Source: Mobula hypostoma
Lineage: Eukaryota
Reading direction: 5' to 3'
DNA: 64,000 nt
Assembly: GCF_963921235.1 (NCBI RefSeq)
Contig: NC_086108.1
Coordinates: forward strand, 39,620,001 to 39,684,000
The stretch's first letter is position 1; each line of letters opens with the position of its first letter. The position numbers were made by a program, and so were the translations under genes. Positions 26,487 to 40,039 of the stretch are shown here, piece after piece. The notes under the pieces are model-generated. The model saw only the letters and a list, made by a program, of their open reading frames with translations, was not told the DNA's origin and ran no database searches.

Positions 26487-28696
26487 TCAAGGAAAAGGAT
26501 AGAATCAGAGAGGACAGGAAAATTTTTAATTGGGGAAGGGCAAATTATGAGGCTATAAGGCTAGAACTTGCAGGTGTGAATTGGGATGATGTTTTTGCAG
26601 GGAAATGTACTATGGACATGTGGTCGATGTTTAGAGATCTCTTGCAGGATGCTAGGGATAAATTTGTCCCGGTGAGGAAGATAAAGAATGGTAGGGTGAA
26701 GGAACCATGGGTGACAAGTGAGGTGGAAAATCTAGTCAGGTGGAAGAAGGCAGCATACATGAGGTTTAGGAAGCAAGGATCAGATGGGTCTATTGAGGAA
26801 TATAGGGAAGCAAGAAAGGAGCTTAAGAAGGGGCTGAGAAGAGCAAGAAGGGGGCATGAGAAGACCTTGGCGAGTAGGGTAAAGGAAAACCCCAAGGCAT
26901 TCTTCAATTATGTGAAGAAAAAAAGGATGACAGGAGTGAAGGTAGGACCAATTAGAGCTAAAGGTGCGAAGATGTGCCTGGAGGCTGTGGAAGTGAGCGA
27001 GGTCCTCAATGAATACTTCTCTTCGGTATTCACCAATGAGAGGGAACTTGATGATGGTGAGGACAATATGAGTGAGGTTGATGTTCTGGAGCATGTTGAT
27101 ATTAAGGGAGAGGAGGTGTTGGAGTTGTTAAAATACATTAGGACGGATAAGTCCCCGGGGCCTGACGGAATATTCCCCAGGCTGCTCCACGAGGCGAGGG
27201 AAGAGATTGCTGAGCCTCTGGATAGGATCTTTATGTCCTCGTTGTCCACGGGAATGGTACCGGAGGATTGGAGGGAGGCAAATGTTGTCCCCTTGTTCAA
27301 AAAAGGTAGTAGGGATAGTCCGGGTAATTATAGACCAGTGAGCCTTATGTCTGTGGTGGGAAAGCTGTTGGAAAAGATTCTTAGAGATAGGATCTTTGGG
27401 CATTTAGAGAATCATGGTCTGATCAGGGACAATCAGCATGGCTTTGTGAAGGGCAGATTGTGTCTAACAAGCCTGATAGAGTTCTTTGAGGAGGTGACCA
27501 GGCATATAAATGAGGGTAGTGCAGTGGATGTGATCTATATGGATTTTAGTAAGGCATTTGACAAGGTTCCACACTGTAGGCTTATTCAGAAAGTCAGAAG
27601 GCATGGGATTCAGGGAAGTTTGGCCAGGTGGATTCAGAATTGGCTTGCCTGCAGAAGGCAGAGGGTGGTGGTGGAGGGAGTACATTCAGATTGGAGAATT
27701 GTGACTAGTGGTGTCCCACAAGGAACTGTTCTGGGACCTCTACTTTTCGTGATTTTTATTAACGACCTGGATGTGGGGGTAGAAGTGCGGGTTGGCAAGT
27801 TTGCAGACGACACAAAGGTTGGTGGTGTTGTAGATAGTGTAGAGGATTGTCAAAGATTGCAGAGAGACATTGATAGGATGCAGAAGTGGGCTGAGAAGTG
27901 GCAGATGGAGCTCAACCCGGAGAAATGTGAGGTGGTACACTTTGGAAGGACAAACTCCAAGGCAGAGTAAAAGTAAATGGCAGGATACTCGGTAGTGTGG
28001 AGGAGCAGAGGGATCTGGGGGTACATGTCCACAGATCCCTGAAAGTTGCCTCACAGGTGGATAGGGTAGTTAAGAAAGCTTATGGGGTGTTAGCTTTCAT
28101 AAGTCGAGGGATAGAGTTTAAGAGTCGCGATGTAATGATGCAGCTCTATAAAACTCTGGTTAGGCCACACTTGGAGTACTATGTCCAGTTCTGGTCACCG
28201 CACTATAGGAAGGATGTGGAAGCATTGGAAGGGGTACAGAGGAGATCTACCAGGATGCTGCCTGGTTTAGAAAGTATGCATTATGATCAGAGATTAATGG
28301 AGCTAGGGCTTTACTCTTTGGAGAGAAGGAGGATGAGAGGAGACATGATAGAGGTGTACAAGATAATAAGAGGAATAGATAGAGTGGATAGCCAGCGCTT
28401 CTTCCCCAGGGCACCACTGCTCAGTACAAGAGGACATGACTTTAAGGTAAGGGGTGGGAAGTTCAAGCGGGATATTAGAGGAAGGTTTTTTACTCAGAGA
28501 GTGGTTGGTGCGTGGAATGCACTGCCTGAGTCAGTGGTGGAGGCAGATACACTAGTGAAGTTTAAGAGACTGCTGGACAGGTATATGGAGGAATTTAAGT
28601 TGGGGGCTTATATGGGAGGCAGGGTTTGAGGGTCGGCACAACATTGTGGGCCAAAGGGCCTGTACTGTGGTGTACTATTCTATGTTCTATGTTCTA
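26487..28696 (+). mobile_element. Young 5'-truncated CR1 LINE with near-intact RT
   Basis: ORFs 26576..27970 and 27997..28629 are separated by one frameshift. Motifs KSPGPDG, NYRPVSL, DFSKAFD, GVPQG, KFADD; (gttctat)n tail at ~28676-28696. Confidence 0.95.
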
Positions 28697-29074
28697 ATTT
28701 TTTTTCTTTAAGGTGACCAGTTTCAATGAGGCTGACTGGAGAACTCATTAGATCCAGTCACCGGTAGAAATTCTCAGAGGGTACGATGGAATCTTTTACA
28801 TGAGATCCGTGGACGGAGGAGAGCTACTTCAGTATCTCAAAACATGGGTGCTCCAACAATGCAGCAATGCCGCAGAATGGCACCTGAGTTTGTATATGGA
28901 AGCTTTTGCATTGTATCTAGGACTATAAGACCATATGCCATAGGAACGGGACCCACAGTCTTCAACATTAGGGGCAAAATTTGTCCATCTTAGGCAAGCC
29001 AGCACCTGCTCCCATTCCCCACTCACTTGTTACAACACTGACCATCAGACCAATGGAAGGTTCAATGTGGCAAC

Positions 29075-29620
29075 TAAATTGTGTTGGATTTAATGAATTC
29101 GTAAACAATATGAGTTCTCTGTTGGTTGGATTCAACCATGGATATTGTGTCCTAGCTGTCTATGTGATCAGCAAGCCGGTAAACAAGCCCGGGTAGTACG
29201 ATGTAGAGAATAAGCTGTTGCCCATGTAGCGGGCTCTCCCTTTTCATGCAGCTGATGAATCTAGAGGAACAGCAGAGTCCAATACACTTTGGCACCATTG
29301 GCGTTGCAGGAGTTGCCAGTCAGCATTGAACTCAACATTGACTGCCTTAGGGACTTGTGCTCCAGATTTTTCCTTGGGATAGGTTCCTGAAGCCTTCCCC
29401 ATGGGAGGGTATAGTCGCAAGGTATTGGAGGATTGAGATTTCCTTCAGCTGAAGAGCCCCATCTCCCAGAATCAACTTATTTTAAGACACCTGTAACCTG
29501 CCTTTGCCCTTTCTCCTGTCAGTAGCAGTGGTTCCTCCAGGCTCAGTAGTTGAGCCACACATGAAGTCCTTGAGCTGAACTTGATTGTCAGAGGCTATTT
29601 CAGACACACACTATCGGGAG
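29075..29620 (-). repeat. Second copy of the 18490-19250 repeat family
   Basis: Reverse-complement similarity over several hundred bp. Confidence 0.7.
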
Positions 29621-31208
29621 TGTGACCCTCAGCTACGGCAATGTACAACATATGTAAACAATATAACTTCAGATAAAACCTGACTCCCCTGTTCTTGTAA
29701 TCTACTTGTCCAACACCAGTTCTGCCAAGTCCCTGAATGTGTTGCAAACTATCAACTTGTGCTTATCTTTCCAGAACTCCTGGTTAGTATCCATCCAGTC
29801 TGGACTCCACCCCTATGGTTCCTGTCAGAAATTTTAATGAACTCTTATGAGGCAGTGACAAAAGGAAGATCCCTCTTCTTGTCCTTCTCAACCTCCTGCA
29901 ACTTTTTACATGATCTACAGATAGCATTCTCTGGCAAAAATGGGTGGGACTGGACTCATTTTGTTCTTAGCTCCCTGGTAAAGTCGAACAATTTGCTTGC
30001 AATGATGCTCTTCATGAACCCGTTATTGTTTTTGGTGTCCACCAATGGTATATTCTATGTTTGTCCATTTTGCCGTCAGTGAAAACTATACAGATTACTA
30101 GATGAATGCAAAATCATAACTTCCAGTGCCACTTGAATATAATCAACATTGCTTAAGTTAAAACACTTACAAGCCTTTGTTGATGGGTAGGAAGGGAAAG
30201 GTTGCCCAGTGTTTGAAACAGGCATTGGGGGTGAGGGAATTGAATCTGACCGGGACGAGTGCCAGAACATACAGTAAGGAGAGTGTACTTCAAAGCACTG
30301 TATTGATTGATGAGTTTGAAAAGTAGGGTAAAATCCAGCCTAAAGCATGGCCAAAGGGTCCAGGAGCAGACAGCAGAGGATACCGGTGCAAAGCTATAAG
30401 CCTCAAGGAAGAAAATGCAAGTCGAAAAACCCAAAAACGCACAGTCATAATCGCTGATTGCTTCTTTAGATCGCATATCATTTCACCCACACCACCAAGC
30501 TCAGACATTGCCCAGCTCACCATTCATCATCTCAAAGAATCAGCATTCATTCATAAGACTGACATTGCTCCACTACAACATCATACACTGCACACTGTGA
30601 TGTCTGTAGTACTGGGAAGCCAGGGGACCATGAATAACACATATGAGAGACAGAGAGGTGAGGAACAAACATATAGCTGCTTATTTTGTTTGTAAGTTAT
30701 CTATCCAGAATGCCTTCTCACATTTCATTCAGTACCTTACACACAGGGAAGCTTGACACCAGCCCATAAGGTTCAAAATACACATGAATACATAACATGT
30801 TCCTCTGCCCCTTCCCATACAGACCAGTTGCTGAAGTATTAACGTACAATAGAGTAATCATCAAATTCAACCAATAACAACAAACATTTTCTTTTTCTAA
30901 ACTAGGGAACAAGGATAGACTGCCTCTATTCCCAGACGTAACCCTGGGGAATAATCTGCCTCATGTTCTGAGGGTGAATCATTAAACTAGAGATTCAATT
31001 TGTCCAGATGCTGCCTACTCCTTGAGTATACCAATGACCTGGGGATGATGCCAAACTCGTTTTATCTCTTGGTGGTGTATATATGGATCTTGGCTTGGAT
31101 ATTGCATTGTTAGAAAGTAGGTGATGGGGGAGCACTGACTGTGTCAGTCGATCTTAACAGAAGTTCTTTCAGAATCCTGTCCCATCACTGCAACTGGATC
31201 TGGATTGA

Positions 31209-31308
31209 TCAGTCCTGATGAAAGGTCTTGGCCCGAAATGTCGACTGTACTCTTGTTCCATAGATGCTGCCTGGCCTGCTGAGTTCCTCCAGCATTTTGT
31301 GTGTGTTG
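31209..31308 (+). mobile_element. Penelope pLTR fragment with hammerhead motif, inserted in the outer Gypsy
   Basis: cagtc CTGATGA aaggtcttggccc GAAA tgtc gactg at 31210-31247, followed by the gatgctgcctggcctgctgagttcctccagc pLTR motif. Confidence 0.8.
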
Positions 31309-32419
31309 TTGGTCAGTTTGTGTTGGTTTTCAGTGGCCTCTGAAATGGGCAACAGCTGACCAAAATGCCTTCTCCAGATGTTGTGGTTACTAGTTTGCAC
31401 TGTGTACAACACGGGACCAGCTTGTGCCACCATCGTCACAGGTATCCACTTTGGTCCAGAGATGCAGTTCTGGGCAAGTACTCTCTTTCCTGCTGTGAAA
31501 CTTCTGACCTTTGTTTTGGCACATCTCTCTGCTTGGGTTTTCTTTTCATTTAGCATAACTTGTTTCGTATTTGGGGGTCTAAGCAGGTTAAGGCAGATGC
31601 AAAGCTGTCTTTTCATCAGTGCAGTGGCTGGAGCCATTTTGGTGGTGGTGTGAGGTGTGTTGCAGAATATCAGCAAGAAAGTGCTAAGACACTGGTTGAG
31701 GGATCCACTTTCCAATTAAGTCTTGAGGGCTTCTTTCATTGTACGAATCATTCAGCAAGGCCATTAGTGGCTGGATGATATGATGCTGACTTACATGCCT
31801 TGAACTCTTTGGAAAGGAGTTGTGGGCCATTGTCACTCAAGCTGTTGAGGAAGCCCAAAACGGCTAAAAATGGAACAGAGCTCCTCAATGCATTTTTCAG
31901 ATGTAGTGCTCTTCATGATGGCAATCTTGGGCCATTTGCTTGTGCATCCATTATGACCAAGAGCATGTGGCCTTCCACAGGTCCTGCAAAATCTATGTGC
32001 ATACTCTGCTATGGTTGTCACAACCACAGCTTTGGCAGCGCAGTAGATACGGCAATTGCACTTGTGAATATGCATGTGTCAGCTAATTATTATTTAACTG
32101 CCATAGTATTTAACTCCATACTTGTCGTCATAGTGTTTGTCGAGACTTGGACAGAGCACAGCAATGCTTCGCTACTTGTTTGCATTCGGCCTTTCCTGAG
32201 AAATTGGACTGTCGAATCAACTGACTCTGAAGACTAGTGGTATTCGTTTAATGTTTAGATAATCTTTTCAGCTGCAGTGTAGGCTTCAATTTTTATTTGA
32301 GAGTTTTGGTTAATGGCTCTATTTGGCCTAGCATTTATTGTTTTATTTTCCTTTTAACACGGTTCACATTAAAGTCTGTGAACTATCGACCTGCTTCAGT
32401 GTCTCTCACTCTGCACTTG

Positions 32420-33162
32420 CTTTCTTTATTAATCTTTTTATTGATTTAAAAGGAACATAAATACAAACAAGAGGAGAATTATCTCAAATATATATATCAA
32501 TAACAATAAAAACAGAGATTGAAGTAAACATTATCAAAATCATACATGGTATTACGCTATTATATAATATATAATAAAAAAGAAAACAGCAATTCTCCTC
32601 TTATCAGTTCATGAAGAGGAAAAAAAGCTTTGAATTTTAAATGAAGGAAAAAAACCCCACTACACTATACAAAAAAAAGGGACTGGGCAGTCCATTCTGA
32701 GGATACGACCAGAACAACAGACTTTCTGATCAAATCTAAAACTCCAAAAAAAATTGGAAGAGTAATAAATCAAATTAAATGAAAATATTGAATAAAAGGT
32801 CACCAGATTTGCTCAAAATTTAAAGGATGTTTCAAATGTCCGACTTATTATTTTCCCTAAACTTAAACAGGACTTAATAGAGGAAAGCCAATAAAAGACA
32901 GTAAGTGGATTAGAATCTTTCCACTTCAGTAAAATGGCTCTCCTAGCCAATAAAGTTGAAAAGGCTATCATACGTTGAGCAGAAATAGGAATATTCCCTG
33001 TTTTTGATGGTGTAATCCCAAATATTGCCGTAAGTAACTTAGGTTGTAGGTCCAGATCCAGGACTTTTGATAATGTTTTAAAAACATCTCTCCAAAAACT
33101 GTCTAGCTTTATACAAGATCAAAACATACGAGTTAAAGTGGCCACCTCACTATTACATCTGT
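32420..33162 (-). mobile_element. L1-clade LINE 3' fragment
   Basis: Minus strand gives CNSEVATLTRMF*SC..FWRDVF (zinc knuckle remnant) and AFSTLLARRAILLKWK, then an AT-rich 3' UTR with AATAAA and an A-rich end. Confidence 0.7.
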
Positions 33163-36148
33163 AATAAAAGATCTCTTTCTGTCATGGCTCTGGAGCTCCA
33201 ACAGCTCAGGACAGTCTGAACAGTCCACCAACATCCGAATGCTGCTCGGACCTCCTGTATTTTGTATCATATGGATGTGGGGGTAGTAAAAGAGACCAAC
33301 ATTGCATTCATCTAGTAGCCAGGGATGGAATGCCCACACATAGATCAAAAATTGACATCAAGAGATGATAATCTATTGGTAGTGTAATTCATCGACCAAA
33401 GAATTGATGGAATTTCTTAGCTCTAAAGACAATTGCGAGTGCTTCCCGCTCATTTTGGGCACAGTGGCTTTCTGCCTTGCTTAAAGGTCTTGATGTGAAA
33501 GTGATTGGGTGCTCTTCACCTGATGGCATGATTGTGTGAGATGACTGCTCCTACACCATAGGGTGATGCATCACAGGCCAACTGTATGAGCAATAATGGG
33601 TTGAAGTGTGTGAGTGCTTCAGATTGTAACAAAGCTGTTTTGGCTTTTTTAAAATCATCTTCATACTGATCTGTCCACTGCCAGTGTGTTGATTTATTTT
33701 AAAAATCATGCAGTGGTTTCAGCATGCTGGCTAGGTTAGGAACAAACTTTGCATAGAATGTTAGTAATCATAAGAAAGATTTAATTGACTTATGTTTTCT
33801 GGTGATGGAGACTCCACAATTTCCTCCACATTTGCTGGTGCTTGTGAAGCCCTGAGCTGTGATTACATGGCCCAAATGTTCAAATGAAGGTCCAAAGAAC
33901 TCACACTTGCCCTTCTGGACTCTTAGCTCATACTACTTGAGTCTTTGTAGTGTGGCATCCAAGTTTTGTAGCTGCTCATGGCCACCTTTCCCAGTAAGAG
34001 TAAGTCATCCCATCCAAATAACATTACACCTGTCAACCCGCTCAGGATCTGGTCTATTGCTCTTTGAAAAAGTGCAGGAGCCGAGGTGATGCCTTCAGTA
34101 CTAGAACATTGCTTGATAAATCACTATAGTCAACAGTTCCTGTGACTCTGGCTCCACGTGCATCTGCAATTACGCTTGACACAAGTCAGTCTTGCTAGAT
34201 GTCTGTCCTCTGGCAAGCCCCGCAAAAAAGTAATTAATGAGGGAAAGATGGTATTGTTCAGCTGTAAGAACCAGGTTAATTGTTACTTTGAAGTCTTCAC
34301 AAAGACTTAAAGGTCCGTCTCTTTTTAGGACAGGAACTACTGGAGTTGCCCACACTAGTTCCAATAACTTACCCTGGACCAGTCTTCCCAATTCAGCCTG
34401 TATTTTTGGTTTGAGGGTGTATGGAGCAGCTTTTGTCTTCAGGCATTTGGGGGTTATGTTGGGCGTAACAGTCATTCCTTTTAAACTGTGTAGTCCTCTG
34501 TTGAATACTTCTGTGTGTTGCTTCAATACTTCTTGTAGGCCAGTGCTCCCACCAATCAAGTCCACTTTATACCAGTTGAGTTTCAGCTACTCCAAACACA
34601 AGGGTCCCAGAAGTGCTGGATAACTACCTTTAACAATGTACAGTGGAAGTTTCTTTTTCTCTTTATTAATCTCCACTGTAAGATGTACTACTCTGCTCTC
34701 TGGAATTACCTCACCAGTATAAGCCTTTATATTCAACCTTGTCCCTTTTGGGGTGAGATGCTGTAATTTCTCCTTGTAAACTGTCTCTGCAGCACCCTGA
34801 ATCCTCACTGTGACCCTATACAATTGCAGGGTCACCCAATAGCCATTTTTGTGTTCTGAAACAAATAAAACATGCAAAGCTTCTTCAACTAAGGAACAAG
34901 AGTCATTCAGTCTGTCCTTAGTATGCTCCATTCTGTTCACAAGTTTCCTTTTGTTTTTCCAAAAGTCGCTTTATTACGGTGTTTTTGGTTGACAGTGTCT
35001 TTTTACTTTTACGGGTGTGTTCATTGTGTCCCTTTTTGCCACAGCTTCGGTAAACAAAATCCTTATACCAGCATTCTTTTGCTGAATGCCCAGTTTTGCC
35101 ACAATGGTAACATTAATTGCCAATAGGTGTTTTATTCTTAACTTCAGTAGAAACTTTATGACTTAGGAAGATGCACTTCATAGCTTTGCATCTTTAGCTG
35201 ACATCTCCATAGGTGTACCAATCTCAATTGCCTTCTGTAATGTTAGTCTGTCTTCTGTAAGCAAATGTTTCTGAATTGCCTCACTACACAGACTACATAT
35301 GAGTCTATCATGTAAAGTGCCATTCAGTGACTGCCCAAAATCACAGTGTCAAGACAGTTGCTTCAGCACCACCTCAGACTATGATATGGACTCGCCTTCC
35401 TCTTGATTCTTTTTACCAGATCTAAACCTCTCAGCAATAATCAAAGTTTTAGGTGCTGTGTACATACACCTACTGATGCTTCTGGACACATCTTCAGTGA
35501 TGTTCCTGGAATCATCGGGTGTTTCGGGTCTTTCAACATCATACAACCTCCTCCAGGTGACCCAGCCGGGGCTGATCAGACCCCAGCTTGTGTCCAGATG
35601 GCTAGCTACTTATGACTCCATGGCTCCCCTCTTTTGAGCCACAGCCATTTTGAGGCCCTCTCTGCCGCATCGGTGGTACTACGGATGGCTCTCCTCTTCC
35701 TCTCTCCCTCGATGCCCAAAATGCTGAAGACTCTAACTGAGGAACAGGCTACGAATCCCCTACAACCAAACCTCCACTGGGAGACACATCGCTCTCCATC
35801 CAGCCTGCTGCCTCAATGCTCTTTGGTTCTTTGAGTAAGATGTTTTGGAGCCTTCTTTCTCCTCTTCTCCGAAGCATTCAGCTGCGATACTGATGTGGTA
35901 AACCATGTATATATGTTGTAAATCGGTTACCTGTCTGGACACACCCCTCTGCTGACTGCCCCTGTGGCTCCTCCCACAGAGTCCTGTATAAAGGTGTTCG
36001 CCTTGCCCCTCCCCCTCAGTCCGGGGGCAGACACTCACTGTGGAGGTCGTATTGTACAGCGAATAAAACCCTTTCAGCATTTTACCAAACCTCAGTCTTT
36101 TGGAGTAATTGAAGGTGCTTCAATTTTATTCACTGTACGTTTTAAAAC

Positions 36149-36973
36149 ATGGAACAGTCCCTGAGACCAGACAAATTAGACGTCGATCCACAAACACCTG
36201 AAGCTGGAAACGCTCTCAAACTCTGGCTGGCCTGCTTCGAAGCATACCTAGAGGAGGTTAAAGCGACCGACCCTGTAGCGAAGCACAGAGTTCTACACTC
36301 CAGGGTCAGTCCATGGGTCTATTCGCTGATCAGAGACCAGCCGAATTACGACGGCTTGATGAGTGCTCTCAAAAGACAATACCTGCGGCCGATAAACAGC
36401 ATCTATGCTCGGCACCGCTTAGCGACATGGCAACAACGGCCCGGGGAATCGAGTGCTGAGTTTGTCCGGGCCCTACAGACACTCGTGCGAGCCTGCAATT
36501 GCCAGGAGCTGACGGCGGCGCAGCATGCAGAACTCCTAGTGAGAGACGCCTTCGTCACGGGGACCAGGTCAGTGTACGTGAGCCAGCGGCTGCTGGAAAA
36601 AGCCGATCTTACCCTAAGTTCGGCGATCGAGCTGGCTGATACGTTGGAGGCCGCTCTGCATAACTCTGAGGTTCTCCAGGCACGCGATCCCCCGATGGCC
36701 TCGTGGGCGCCGCAGACCCCGCAACCCGCCAGCGAATCGACCTCGGCTGCTGCCAGTAGTGAGTCCGCGAAGTGCTACTTCTGCGGACTGAAGAAGCACC
36801 CCCGGAAACGCTGCGCGGCCCGACAAGCTACCTGCTCCAGCTGCGGAAAGAAGGGCCACTTCGCCAAGGCCTGTAAGTCAAAACCGCGAGCGGGATCGAG
36901 CAGCGCTGCGTGCAAGACGTGGGGGTCGCCATCTTGCCTGTCACCATCTTCCCTGCACACTGCCACCACGTGA
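36149..36973 (+). CDS. Gag with two zinc knuckles; the stop is probably a point mutation in a single gag-pol ORF
   Basis: CYFCGLKKHPRKRC and CSSCGKKGHFAKAC. The frame continues past the TGA into the protease ORF at 37031. Confidence 0.88.
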   Translation: MEQSLRPDKLDVDPQTPEAGNALKLWLACFEAYLEEVKATDPVAKHRVLHSRVSPWVYSLIRDQPNYDGLMSALKRQYLRPINSIYARHRLATWQQRPGESSAEFVRALQTLVRACNCQELTAAQHAELLVRDAFVTGTRSVYVSQRLLEKADLTLSSAIELADTLEAALHNSEVLQARDPPMASWAPQTPQPASESTSAAASSESAKCYFCGLKKHPRKRCAARQATCSSCGKKGHFAKACKSKPRAGSSSAACKTWGSPSCLSPSSLHTATT

Positions 36974-37030
36974 GAGACATGGGGGCGGCCATCTTGGTCG
37001 GCGCTACCTCCCACCGCCTACGACCAACGG

Positions 37031-38944
37031 GTGCTCACGGGGCACCCCACCACGCCGGACCAAGACAGCGACCCCACCCTGGCTTCCGTGACCCTCGACC
37101 AAAGCGCTCCCCACCAGCTAGCAAGGTCAATGATGGACATCCTGGTGGAGGGGCGCAGGACAAGCTGCCCGTTTGACACAGGCAGCACGGAGAGTTTTAT
37201 CCACCCGGCCACGATGCAGCATTGTGGACTCGTGATACGGCCGGTAAGTCAGAGGGTCACCATGGCCTCCGGGTCGCATACAACAGACATCCGGGGGGGG
37301 TTGTGTAGCGACACTAGTGGTGCAGGGCACAGAATATCGGGACTTTACGTTACTGGTCTTGCCTCAACTGTGTGCCCCTGTGCTGTTGGGGTTGGACTTC
37401 CAGAGCCACCTGAAAAGCGTGACAATGAAGTATGATGGGCCCCTCCCGCCAATTACTGTCATAAATCCCCTGTTTTGTAGAGATATGTTACATACCCCGC
37501 TACTGACCACACACACACACCGACCCGCGCATCCCACCCAACATCATGCCAACTGCCACACTACCGACACCACTTGCGGCCTCTCCACCCTCAGGATCCC
37601 TCCCCCACCGCTGTTCGCCAACCTGACCCCGACTGTAATTCTGTGGCAACTAAAAGCAGGAGGTACAGCGCGGGGGACAGAACTTTCATTAAGTTGGAGG
37701 TGCAGCGGCTGCTCAGGGAGGGGGTCATTGAGGCAAGCACAAGTCCTTGGAGGGCGCAGGTGGTCGTTGCTCGGAACGGGGAGAAGAATAGGATGGTCGT
37801 GGACTATAGCCAGACCATCAATAAGTTCACGCAGCTCGACGCGTACCCTCTACCCCGCATCGCGGATATGGTCAATCAGATAGCACAGTACAAGGTGTAC
37901 TCGACCATAGACCTAAAATCCGCTTACCATCAGCTCCCCATCCGCCGGGAGGACCGCCCTTACACTGCCTTCGAGGCGGACGGCAGGCTTTATCAATTCC
38001 TGCGTGTCCCCTTTGGTGTCACGAATGGTGTATCTGTCTTCCAGAGGGCAATGGACCGGATGGTGGACCAGTGCCAACTGAAGGCCACGTTCCCATACCT
38101 GGATAACATCACCATCTGTGGTCACGACCAGCAGGATCACGACAACAACCTCCAAAAATTTCTCCAAGCGGCCAAATCTTTCAACCTCACCTATAACAAG
38201 GACAAGTGTGCATTTGGGACCACCCGACTTGCTATCCTTGGGTGTGTCGTGGAGAATGGAGTCATTGGCCCTGACCCCGACCGTATGCGGCCCCTGTTGG
38301 AACTCCCTCTTCCCAATACCCTCAGAGCCCTCAAAAGGTGCCTGGGCTTCTTTTCATATTACGCCCAATGGGTCTCTAACTATGCAGACAAGGCCAGCCC
38401 CCTGGTCAAGTCCACCACATTCCCCCTCTCTGCCAAGGCCCGCGCGGCCTTCAACCGCATAAAAGGGGACATTGCCAAAGCAGCAATGGATGCGGTGGAT
38501 GAGGCCATTCCCTTCCAAGTAGACAGTGACGCCTCTGACTTTGCACCGGCTGCTACCCTCAACCAGGCAGGAAGACCAGTGGCATTCTTCTCCCGTACCC
38601 TTCAAGGCCCTGAAATTCGGCACTCTGCGGTAGAGAAAGAGGCCCAGGCCATAGTGGAAGCTATAAGGCACTGGAGGCACTATCTTGCCGGCAAAAGGTT
38701 CACCCTGCTAACTGACCAGCGCTCAGTCGCATTCATGTTTAATAATCAGCAGCGGAGCAAAATCAAAAATGATAAAATTCTGAGGTGGAGAATCGAACTC
38801 TCCACCTACAACTATGACATCATGTACAGGCCTGGGAAGCTCAATGAGCCCTCCAATGCCCTATCCCGGGGAACATGCGCCAGCGCGCAGATTGACTGGC
38901 TATATGCCCTACATGTAGACCTTTGCCACCCGGGAGTCGCCTGA
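37031..38944 (+). pseudogene. Protease, RT and RNase H (two frameshifts, ending at a premature stop)
   Basis: FDTGSTESF; RMVVDY, DLKSAYHQ, PFGVTNG, YLDN; DASDFA, EKEAQA, TDQ. Frameshifts at the G-run ~37293-37300 and near 37630. Confidence 0.9.
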
Positions 38945-40039
38945 CTTTTCCACTTCGTGAAAGCCCGGAATCTGCCTTACTCCCTTGAGGAGATCAGGAT
39001 GATGACCGGGGACTGCCAAATCTGCGCAGAGTGCAAACCGCACTTCTACCGACCCGAAAAGGCACCACTCATCAAGGCCACCCGCCCCTTTGAGCGACTG
39101 AGTGTTGACTTTAAGGGCCCCCTTCCCTCCACCGACCGCAATGTGTACTTTCTTAACGTAATTGACGAGTACTCGCGGTTTCCCTTCACCATCCCCTGCC
39201 CCGACACCACTACCACGTCAGTTATAAAAGCCCTGCGCAAGCTCTTCACTCTGCTCGGATACCCATGCTATATCCACAGTGACAGAGGGTCCTCGTTTAT
39301 GAGTGACGAGCTGCGCCAATATCTACTGGCTAGGGGAATTGCGACCAGTAGGACCACGAGCTATAATCCCCGGGGGAATGGACAGGTGGAGAAGGAGAAT
39401 GGCACAGTGTGGAAAGCCACACTCTTAGCCCTCAGGTCAAAGGGACTGCCGGTCTCCCGCTGGCAGGAGGTCCTTCCCGAGGCACTCCACTCCATCCGCT
39501 CCCTGTTATGCACGGCCACCAATGCCACCCCTCATGAGCGGCTCTTTTCTTTTCCCAGAAAGTCGACCACTGGAACCACCCTACCAACTTGGCTGACGTC
39601 CCCGGGGCCAGTGCTGCTCCGGAAACATGCGAGGAGCAATAAATACTCCCCGATGGTCGAGAGGATTCACTTACTTCATGCGAACCCCCAGTATGCCTAC
39701 GTGGTTTTACCTGATGGGCAGGAGGACACGGTCTCCATCCGCGACCTGGCGCCCGCAGGAGCACTGGGCCCCTACCCTGAACACCCCATGGTGATTATTG
39801 ACCCCGTACCCACCAATGTATGTACCTACGAGACACCGTGCACCCCAAACCCTATACAGACACCACACGACACTCCCATACCCGGCGCGACGCATACGCA
39901 CGAGGGATTACCGACGCCTAACGTACTGACACCTCACGTCAGGCCGGAGCCAGCACAACCGCCATCGCCGGTGCAATCACTGCTGGTGCTACGTAGATCA
40001 CAGCGACGGACTCGACCGCCTGATAGACTTAACCTGTAA
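38945..40039 (+). CDS. DDE integrase (same frame as RT/RH, after TGA 38942-38944)
   Basis: H-H-C-C (HVDLCH...CQIC), SVDFKGP, HSDRG, NGQVEKEN, GP motif, terminal RRSQRRTRPPDRLNL. Confidence 0.9.
   Translation, partial: LFHFVKARNLPYSLEEIRMMTGDCQICAECKPHFYRPEKAPLIKATRPFERLSVDFKGPLPSTDRNVYFLNVIDEYSRFPFTIPCPDTTTTSVIKALRKLFTLLGYPCYIHSDRGSSFMSDELRQYLLARGIATSRTTSYNPRGNGQVEKENGTVWKATLLALRSKGLPVSRWQEVLPEALHSIRSLLCTATNATPHERLFSFPRKSTTGTTLPTWLTSPGPVLLRKHARSNKYSPMVERIHLLHANPQYAYVVLPDGQEDTVSIRDLAPAGALGPYPEHPMVIIDPVPTNVCTYETPCTPNPIQTPHDTPIPGATHTHEGLPTPNVLTPHVRPEPAQPPSPVQSLLVLRRSQRRTRPPDRLNL

Noticed and set aside
29640..30530. Possibly coding-derived segment next to the outer LTR
   Set aside because: No frame gave a recognisable domain; left unannotated.
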